From assembly GCA_900696485.1 (NCBI GenBank), contig CAADGG010000013.1, positions 124,015 to 188,014 of the forward strand: DNA of 64,000 nt, written 5' to 3'. Of the stretch, positions 44,699 through 50,806 are shown piece after piece. The translations under genes were made by a program, and so were the position numbers. The stretch comes from an uncultured Pseudomonadota bacterium. GTDB lineage: Bacteria > Myxococcota_A > UBA9160 > PR03. The notes below the pieces were generated by a model. It had not been told where the DNA came from. It ran no database searches and saw only the letters and a program-made list of their open reading frames with translations. The first letter of the stretch is position 1; the number at the start of each line of letters is the position of its first letter.

Positions 44699-45189
44699 CC
44701 GCGATCGCTGGCGCCGGGGCGGCGGAAGACGGCCCACAGCGACAGCCCCACCAGCGCCGCGAGGCTCGCCTGCAACGAGACGAAACCCAACACCTTGGTC
44801 CAAGCGAAGATCGGATCGGCGAAGCGGACGCCCCAGCCCGAACCCTCGTCCAGCAGCGCCGAAGCGAACGGAAACGCGATCAGCCACGCCCGCACGCGCC
44901 CCGAGAGCGGCACGAAGAGCATCAGGTGTGTCATCACCAGCAGCAGCATTCCCATCGCGAACAGATGGAAGTGCGACATCTCGAGCAGCCCCTGATAGGA
45001 GCGCGGCTGCAGGAACTGCTCCTCGGAACCGAGGTAGTAGTGAACGACGGACGACGGCGCGAGGCTCATCTTCTGGAAGTACAGCAGGCCGTTGGTCACC
45101 CACAGCAGCGCGACGTACACGCAGTACAGAACGATGATCGTCTGCAGCAGCCGGTTCCGACTCCACTCCCCGGTGATCACGAATCGCAT
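44695..45189 (-). CDS. Uncharacterised 4-TM membrane protein with conserved-looking His residues
   Basis: 164 aa with four hydrophobic helices. His residues in 'VVHYYLG', 'EMSHFHLF' and 'VMTHLMLF'. It is translationally coupled to apbE. Confidence 0.65.
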   Translation of the reverse strand: MRFVITGEWSRNRLLQTIIVLYCVYVALLWVTNGLLYFQKMSLAPSSVVHYYLGSEEQFLQPRSYQGLLEMSHFHLFAMGMLLLVMTHLMLFVPLSGRVRAWLIAFPFASALLDEGSGWGVRFADPIFAWTKVLGFVSLQASLAALVGLSLWAVFRRPGASDRG

Positions 45190-45237
45190 GGATCTGCGCC
45201 TGCCTTCCGTCCGCGGTCCCTGGGCTCGGGCCGGGGA

Positions 45238-45801
45238 TCAGCCGCCCTGGCGCACGAGAATCTGGTGCAAGGCTAGCGCGCGGCGTACGCCACCGGTCAC
45301 CGCCTGGGACGACAGTGTGGAGCCGGCGATGCCGTGAACGTCGCGCTGCAAGCGCAGCGGAGCCGCCCCGTCCTTGCCTTCGAACTGATGCAGCCAGCGC
45401 TCCGGCGGCATGTACTCCGGGGGCTCGTAGAAGGCCAGCACACGCAGTCGTTCGACGCTTCCATCCGCCGTGAGGACGACGAGGAACGCCTCCGGCAGCG
45501 TGCGGACGATGTGTTGATCGATGAACGCGTAGCCGAGCACCTGGTCACCCCGTAGGGCGGTGAACAGCCGCACCAGCTTGGTCTCGAGCTTCGTGCGAGA
45601 GAGCGCTTCGACGCGCTGCACCTGGTCATCGGTCAGCACGAAGCTCCGGGATTCGACGTGCTCGGCCTCCGGGAACGCCCAGTCGAGCGCCTCCTGTTGG
45701 CTCATCAGCAAGCCGGCCCCGGCCGGCGTGGCGCTGGCGAGAGCCAGCGCGCACGCCACGGCCGCCGCCGCGGGAAAGTCAGAACGCCACGCCAAAGCCA
45801 A
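45238..45801 (-). CDS. Periplasmic FMN-binding (FMN_bind) domain protein, predicted ApbE substrate
   Basis: C-terminal 'VHGIAGSTLSSQAVTGGV' resembles the flavinylation motif (S/T)GA(S/T) of NqrC/RnfG. The TTG at 45801 (or 45795) gives the signal peptide 'ALAWRSDFPAAAAVACALALASATPAGA'. The start is uncertain. Confidence 0.65.
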   Translation of the reverse strand: MALAWRSDFPAAAAVACALALASATPAGAGLLMSQQEALDWAFPEAEHVESRSFVLTDDQVQRVEALSRTKLETKLVRLFTALRGDQVLGYAFIDQHIVRTLPEAFLVVLTADGSVERLRVLAFYEPPEYMPPERWLHQFEGKDGAAPLRLQRDVHGIAGSTLSSQAVTGGVRRALALHQILVRQGG

Positions 45802-47104
45802 GCTGCACCTCGTCTGCGATGTCGCCCTGATCCGCGTCGAAGTTCCGGTAGTCGAATTTGAACACGACGTTCGGATGGGGCTTGAGGGAGAGTCCGGACG
45901 TGATGAGACGGATGTCCTTCGAGCCGTCGGCCGCAAAGCCGGACGGCGTGCTCTGCTGGGTATCGAAACGCTCGTAGCGCAGGAACGGAGCCAGATAGAA
46001 GCCGCTGTCGGGGGCGATCCACGGCATCACGTCGTAGGCCGCCTCGACGTACCAGCCGAACATCTCGTCGGCGATCACCTCGTTTGCTTTGATCTCGCCC
46101 ATCCCGCGCAGCGCCAGCGTGAGATCGTCGGCCTCGTCGAGGAAGGCCTGGGTCACGAGCGCGCGCAGCTCGAGTCCGAAGCGGCGGTATTGCGCGTGCG
46201 CTTCCCACATCGCCAACGAGGCGCTAGGGAAGCCGTCTCGCGCCTGATCGACGCCGCCGTAGTAGAACGAGCCGCCGAACAGCGAACCCGGCAGCGCCGT
46301 CGGCGTGTAGTCGACGCGGATCACCCCGGCGAGATCTTCCGCCCGGGACCGGTTGCCGTTCGAGCGGGATCCGCGCAGGCTGCTGGCCGACAGACCGAGC
46401 GCATCGAGGCCGGTCACGACGTAGCTGCGATACTCGAGCTGCTCGCCGATGCGTCCATAGAGCCCCACTCCGTTCTCCCGCCACGTCGACGGGATGATCC
46501 GCTGCTCCACCTCCGGGCGCGCGACGCCGTGGAAGAACGGCGGCTCGTGCACCTCGTTGACGAAGCCCATCGGCACCAGCACCAATCCGGTGCGCAGATT
46601 CGCCCACTCGCTCAGCATCCAGTCGAGCGCCGCGAACTCCACCGCCACCTCGCCGGCCTGGCCATCGAGGTTCTCTGCCGTCTTCGCGTGCTCGAACTCG
46701 ATCTCGGTGTTGAAGACCAGCTTGTCGGTGAACTTGTAGCCGACGTAGAGCACGGTACGGAGTGCGTCGGCCGTATCGACCTTGCTGCTCCGGCCGTCGT
46801 TGACGAAGCTGCGGTAGTAACCTTCCGCATAGCCGCCGATCGACAGCCCCTGCGCGACCCCGTAGATCTTCGACGCCGCCGGTCCGAGTCCACCGAAGCT
46901 CTCGAGGTCGCGCTCCTCGGGTACGGCCTGCTCGGTGCGCAGCTTGACCAGCTCGTCCGTCAGCACCTCGACCTTCCGCTCGAGCTCTCCGATGCGGTCC
47001 TGCCGCGCCAGCTCGGCGTCGTCCGCTGCCACCACGCCACCCGCCAGCACGCCGGATGCCACCGCCGTCACCAGGATCCCGATCCTGCTCGCTCGCTCAC
47101 GCAT
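45779..47104 (-). CDS. Outer-membrane beta-barrel porin-like protein with an N-terminal coiled coil
   Basis: ATG at 47104. Signal 'ILVTAVASGVLAGGVVAA', coiled coil 'ELARQDRIGELERKVEVLTDELVKLRTEQ', alternating beta-strand pattern, and the C-terminal 'LGFGVAF' ending in Phe. Confidence 0.75.
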   Translation of the reverse strand: MRERASRIGILVTAVASGVLAGGVVAADDAELARQDRIGELERKVEVLTDELVKLRTEQAVPEERDLESFGGLGPAASKIYGVAQGLSIGGYAEGYYRSFVNDGRSSKVDTADALRTVLYVGYKFTDKLVFNTEIEFEHAKTAENLDGQAGEVAVEFAALDWMLSEWANLRTGLVLVPMGFVNEVHEPPFFHGVARPEVEQRIIPSTWRENGVGLYGRIGEQLEYRSYVVTGLDALGLSASSLRGSRSNGNRSRAEDLAGVIRVDYTPTALPGSLFGGSFYYGGVDQARDGFPSASLAMWEAHAQYRRFGLELRALVTQAFLDEADDLTLALRGMGEIKANEVIADEMFGWYVEAAYDVMPWIAPDSGFYLAPFLRYERFDTQQSTPSGFAADGSKDIRLITSGLSLKPHPNVVFKFDYRNFDADQGDIADEVQLGFGVAF

Positions 47105-47406
47105 GGAGCCCCTCCGCCTCGATCTCGTCGAGGAGTTCGGGGCTCGGGGTTCGCGACCGCTGGCCTCTCTGGTTGTATCGAAACCGAGCAGGGCGTCGTC
47201 TCGCGACGCGCCTCCTCGAGCGCAATCACCTGGGTGCGCTTGCAGCGCCGGCACTTCAGCTCGACGCCGCCAGGGACGAGCCGCGCCAGCAGACTCCCGC
47301 AACGGCAGCGACAGGACGCGGCGCCGCCGTCCGTCGGGTCTCCCGATCGACAGGCATCCGGCCGATCGGCAAGCGATCGGGGCTCGTGGCGCGTCTCGGC
47401 TCGCAC
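47068..47406 (-). CDS. Possible Com-like zinc-ribbon small protein (extent uncertain)
   Basis: 'CRCRCGSLLARLVPGGVELKCRRCKRTQV' matches the Mu Com-family pattern C-x2-C-x2-LL...(I/V)E(I/L)KC.RCK. G/C bias at third positions decays after the ribbon, and the ORF tail overlaps the porin start by 37 nt. Confidence 0.3.
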   Translation of the reverse strand: MRAETRHEPRSLADRPDACRSGDPTDGGAASCRCRCGSLLARLVPGGVELKCRRCKRTQVIALEEARRETTPCSVSIQPERPAVANPEPRTPRRDRGGGAPCVSERAGSGSW

Positions 47407-47537
47407 GGCGTGCAGGATCCTTCCCGGTTTCCGTTCCGTCGGAGGCCAATGTCGGAGGGCAATCTCTCGACCGGGCTGTTTTTCGATCGGCTTTGTCAGA
47501 ACTCGACTATGAAAACGACTTTCATTTTCTTCAGGTC

Positions 47538-47567
47538 ACTGTATCCATTGAAATGCCGGATCGTCAA
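47538..47567 (-). promoter_or_regulatory. Candidate sigma70-type promoter on the minus strand (TTGACG-18 nt-TACAGT) in an AT-rich island
   Basis: The reverse complement of 47562-47567 is TTGACG and of 47538-47543 is TACAGT. It lies upstream of the Com-like/porin operon. Confidence 0.3.
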
Positions 47568-47585
47568 GACCAGCCTCCCTGAAAC

Positions 47586-47625
47586 GCCGTGCGGCCAACC
47601 CGGGTCTCCGGGTTGGCCGCACGGC
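47586..47625 (-). terminator. Perfect 18-bp-stem hairpin 25 nt downstream of the PEP-CTERM gene stop
   Basis: gccgtgcggccaacccgg-gtct-ccgggttggccgcacggc. On the minus strand it is followed by GTTTC, which is a weak U-tract. Confidence 0.55.
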
Positions 47626-47649
47626 CGGCAGCAGAACTGGCGGATGAGT

Positions 47650-48411
47650 TCAGATCCGGCGGCGCCGGGCGCCCAGCATGGCCAGCGCACCGAAGGCGCA
47701 CAGCACGCTTGCGAGCCCGCCCGGCTCCGGCACCTCCAACGCGAGGATCCCGAACGCCGGGATCAGGTCCAACGGCGCGGCGAGGCTCGTTTCGACCAGG
47801 ATCGGCGTCACGAGCCGCACGGTGAGAAACCCGTCCCCGCCTGGCGCCGGAGCAACCGAGCCGGACTCGGACACGCTGCCGACGGACGTGGACCCCGTCG
47901 TCCACGGGGCGCCGGTCAAGCTGACCGCGATGAAGGAGCCGGCGTTCGAGACGGAACCGCCTTGCCCGACGACATCGAGCGGGAGATCGAGGAAGGAGGT
48001 CTGACTCGGGTCATCGCACGAAACGAACAAGCAGACGTTGAACGTCCCGCCGATCGCCATCGGGCCCTCGACGGCGCCCCCAGCGAAAGACGCGAAGAGG
48101 CCCGGGCCGGTCTGGACATCGAAGATCTCGATGCCGGTGACGAATGGGATCCCGGAGACCGGCACGGTGACCTCGTCCGCGGCGAACAGCCCGGCCGGGA
48201 GCGCGAGGCTCCGCAGCGCGGTCTCGGTCCGCGCGCCGGTGACGAGGAGTCCGTCCACGTTGCCGTCCGTCGGGATCTCGAGGGCAGGCACGCCGCGGAT
48301 CTGGATCTCGAGCGACGCCTCGCGGATCGGCAACTGGCCCGCCTCGGCCGGCGTCGGGACGAGGCCGAACCCGACCCCTGTCACGCAGAGCACCAACGTT
48401 CTGGCGCGCAT
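47650..48411 (-). CDS. PEP-CTERM sorting-domain secreted protein
   Basis: ATG at 48411. Signal 'MRARTLVLCVTGVGFGLVPTPAEA'. The C-terminus 'VPEPGGLASVLCAFGALAMLGARRRRI' has PEP, a TM helix and a basic cluster. Confidence 0.8.
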   Translation of the reverse strand: MRARTLVLCVTGVGFGLVPTPAEAGQLPIREASLEIQIRGVPALEIPTDGNVDGLLVTGARTETALRSLALPAGLFAADEVTVPVSGIPFVTGIEIFDVQTGPGLFASFAGGAVEGPMAIGGTFNVCLFVSCDDPSQTSFLDLPLDVVGQGGSVSNAGSFIAVSLTGAPWTTGSTSVGSVSESGSVAPAPGGDGFLTVRLVTPILVETSLAAPLDLIPAFGILALEVPEPGGLASVLCAFGALAMLGARRRRI

Positions 48412-48654
48412 GCCCCCCCTCCGGCTCGGTCCGCACGGCCCCGAGAGGACGATACCAGTCATTTCCCCGGAGCTCAGGCGCCGGCCGGAAAATAAAGGCC
48501 CGGGGCTCGCCGATCTCGCGAGTCCCGGGCCTCCCTGGGAAGGGGATGTATTCGTGCTGTCATGGAGGAAGTGGCCCGCCCACCAGAAAGGTGTCACGGG
48601 CGGCAGAAAAAAATCGGTGAACCGAAAAAAAACCTGGGGGCGGGTCCGTCCCGT

Positions 48655-49191
48655 TCACTCGGGCGGCAGCTCCGACTCCACCGTGAGGATCAGTTTCCCG
48701 CCCTGATAGCGATCGACGCCGATCACGACGGGCCGGCGATCCGGCAGGCGCATGTCCGTGTGGAGCGTGTTCTCGATGTCCACGGCGAGCAGGACACCCG
48801 CGGGGCCCAGGTGCAGCGGCCGGACCCGGACGCGTTTGCCCGACGGCAGGTCGAGACCGCCGATCTCGCCGGTCCGGAGGCTCAGGCGGCGCCGTTCGAT
48901 CACGCGGAGGCTCTCGTAACGGAACTCGTCGCGCAGGCTCTCGTGCAGCCGAGCCGCCGCGGGATCCACCGGCCCGGGATGTGAGGAGGCATGGCTGACC
49001 GTGAGACTCAGGCCGACACGTCGGGCCTGCTGCGCCGAAGCCGGAGCGGAGCCCAGCAGGGCGAGCGCCACGAGCACGCCGGCGACCGGAGCGAGACGCC
49101 ACGGCGGTTCCGAGCCCGGTCCCGATCGCCGACTCCCCAGTCGTCCAGCTCCCAGCGGTGTGGTGCGGATCCCGCGCTCAGATCCAGACAC
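48655..49191 (-). CDS. Secreted hypothetical protein downstream of the sigma/anti-sigma pair
   Basis: 178 aa with signal 'VAGVLVALALLGSAPASA'. The start overlaps the anti-sigma end by 14 nt. Confidence 0.55.
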   Translation of the reverse strand: MSGSERGIRTTPLGAGRLGSRRSGPGSEPPWRLAPVAGVLVALALLGSAPASAQQARRVGLSLTVSHASSHPGPVDPAAARLHESLRDEFRYESLRVIERRRLSLRTGEIGGLDLPSGKRVRVRPLHLGPAGVLLAVDIENTLHTDMRLPDRRPVVIGVDRYQGGKLILTVESELPPE

Positions 49192-49681
49192 TCGTCGACT
49201 CCTCCACCGCCTGCCCGCGATCGTCGTCCATCAGCCAGATGATGGTCGCATCGGTCGGACCGTCGAGCACCATGACCGGCCGGCCGTGGGTATTGAGGGA
49301 GCGCACGACCGTCTGCGGCGTTGCGCCGAAGAGCCGCGACCAGTCGGTCGGACCGCCGAGCAGGAGCGCTCCGACGAGCGCCGCCGCGGCGACACCGAGC
49401 GCCGGCATCGCAAACGCGGGGCGCGACCTGCGGCGCCGATCCGAAGCGGCCGGTCCGGAGGATCTCACCGGCAAGCACTGCTCGAGATCCCGCCAGAGGT
49501 CCGGCGTCGACGCGGCGCCGACCGCCTCCCGGACCCAGGCGCGCAGCGGCTCCATCCCGGCCAGCCGTTCGCTACATCCGGCGCAGCCGGCCAGATGGCG
49601 CCGGACTCGCCACTGGCGCAGACCGCGAAGCTCGCCGTCGTGATAGGCGTCCAGCCAGGGCCCGAGCCGTTCACAGCTCAT
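49178..49681 (-). CDS. Anti-sigma factor (zf-HC2 type), single TM
   Basis: The ATG at 49681 overlaps the sigma stop (ATGA). 'CERLGPWLDAYHDGEL......HLAGCAGC' is an H-x3-C-x2-C motif. TM 'ALGVAAAALVGALLLGG'. Confidence 0.75.
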   Translation of the reverse strand: MSCERLGPWLDAYHDGELRGLRQWRVRRHLAGCAGCSERLAGMEPLRAWVREAVGAASTPDLWRDLEQCLPVRSSGPAASDRRRRSRPAFAMPALGVAAAALVGALLLGGPTDWSRLFGATPQTVVRSLNTHGRPVMVLDGPTDATIIWLMDDDRGQAVEESTSVWI

Positions 49682-50592
49682 CGGGATCCTCCGCGATCCG
49701 AGTCCGGTGCGGTCGTTCGGACCCGCTTCTCCCCCTGGCGCAGCAGCTCCTGGACTCGGCGCCGGGCGTAGTGCAAGCGGCTCATCACGGTTCCCTTCGG
49801 GATCTCGAGGGCAGCCGCGATCTCTGCATAGCTCAAGCCCTCGACCTCGCGCAGGATCAACGTCTCGCGTGCCGCATCGGGCAGATCGGCGATCGCCTGC
49901 GCGAGTGCGGCCCGCAGCTGCTCTCGCCCGAGCGCCTGCTCGGGGTCCTGCTCGTGCGCGCGAAAGACCTGCTCGTCGACGGGACGCGAGTCCGGCGCAC
50001 CGAGCTGCTCGAGATCCATCGATTCGGGGATCGCGACGATGCGAGACGAGCGATCCCGACGCCGCGCATCGAGACACAGGTTCATCACGAGCCGGTAGAG
50101 CCAGGTGTAGAAGCTCGAGCGACCCTCGAAGCGATCGAGATTCACGTAGGCCTTGAGGAAGGCATCCTGAACCGCGTCGCGGGCACGCTCCTCGTCGCGC
50201 AACACGCGCAGCGCAAGCCGGTAGGCACGGCCCTGGTAGCGCTCGACCAGGACACGGAACGATTCGGGATCCCCGCGCCGGGCTCCGTCGACCGCCTCGC
50301 GATCGCTGGGGTCCGATCCCTCGAGACGACTGGCTGCGATCGCCGTGCTCCCCTCCGCGCGCGCCGCGCGACCCGAACGGCCGATGCCCGGCCGGCCGCC
50401 CCCCGGACGGCCGCGGTCGGCACTGCCGGCATCATCGCGCGCCTCGGGCTCGCTCTCCAAATCCGCTCGCGCGACGCCTCGGATCCGCGCGGGATTCCGT
50501 GAACCCGATGACCGCTGGCGGATTCCGGAGCGCTCGGGCCCGGGCCACGCGCCAGACAGGGTCGGAAGCAGTGCAGTCGCAAAAGGGATCAT
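49678..50592 (-). CDS. ECF-type RNA polymerase sigma factor (N-terminal extent uncertain)
   Basis: 'FRVLVERYQGRAYRLALRVLRDEERARDAVQDAFLKAY', 'ARETLILREVEGLSYAEIAAALEIPKGTVMSRLHYAR'. The ~100 aa before region 2 are low complexity, so the true start may be internal. Confidence 0.8.
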   Translation of the reverse strand: MIPFATALLPTLSGAWPGPERSGIRQRSSGSRNPARIRGVARADLESEPEARDDAGSADRGRPGGGRPGIGRSGRAARAEGSTAIAASRLEGSDPSDREAVDGARRGDPESFRVLVERYQGRAYRLALRVLRDEERARDAVQDAFLKAYVNLDRFEGRSSFYTWLYRLVMNLCLDARRRDRSSRIVAIPESMDLEQLGAPDSRPVDEQVFRAHEQDPEQALGREQLRAALAQAIADLPDAARETLILREVEGLSYAEIAAALEIPKGTVMSRLHYARRRVQELLRQGEKRVRTTAPDSDRGGSR

Positions 50593-50713
50593 CGCTCCGG
50601 GCCCACCCTTCGGGCGTTCGACGCCGTCCTCCGGGCGCTATTCGTCCGGTCCCCCTCTGGGGAGCATCGAAGCTCTCGCAGCGCTGCCGACGACATACCG
50701 TCAAGAAAGGGGT

Positions 50714-50796
50714 CGTCAAGAAAGGGGTCGGGTTCGTTTCGTCAACTTTTCCCTTCGGGAAAAGTTGACGAAACGAACCCGACCCCTTTCTTGACG
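50714..50796. repeat. Perfect long palindrome (40-bp arms, TTCG loop); copy 2 of the dispersed palindromic element
   Basis: cgtcaagaaaggggtcgggttcgtttcgtcaacttttccc-ttcg-gggaaaagttgacgaaacgaacccgacccctttcttgacg. It ends 10 nt beyond the polA stop (50807-50809). The outer 15 bp are duplicated in tandem at 50699-50713. Confidence 0.95.
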
Positions 50797-50806
50797 CGAC
50801 GCGCGG

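Noticed and set aside
45560-47512. 650-aa + strand ORF.
   Set aside because: It is antisense to the FMN_bind and porin genes. The composition is a low-complexity shadow.
47105-47530. FMN (RFN) or other riboswitch in the leader of the porin/FMN_bind/ApbE operon.
   Set aside because: I looked for the RFN core (GGGUGAAAUUCC ... CCGACAGU ... GUCUGGAUG) and for B12-box-like words, and found none.
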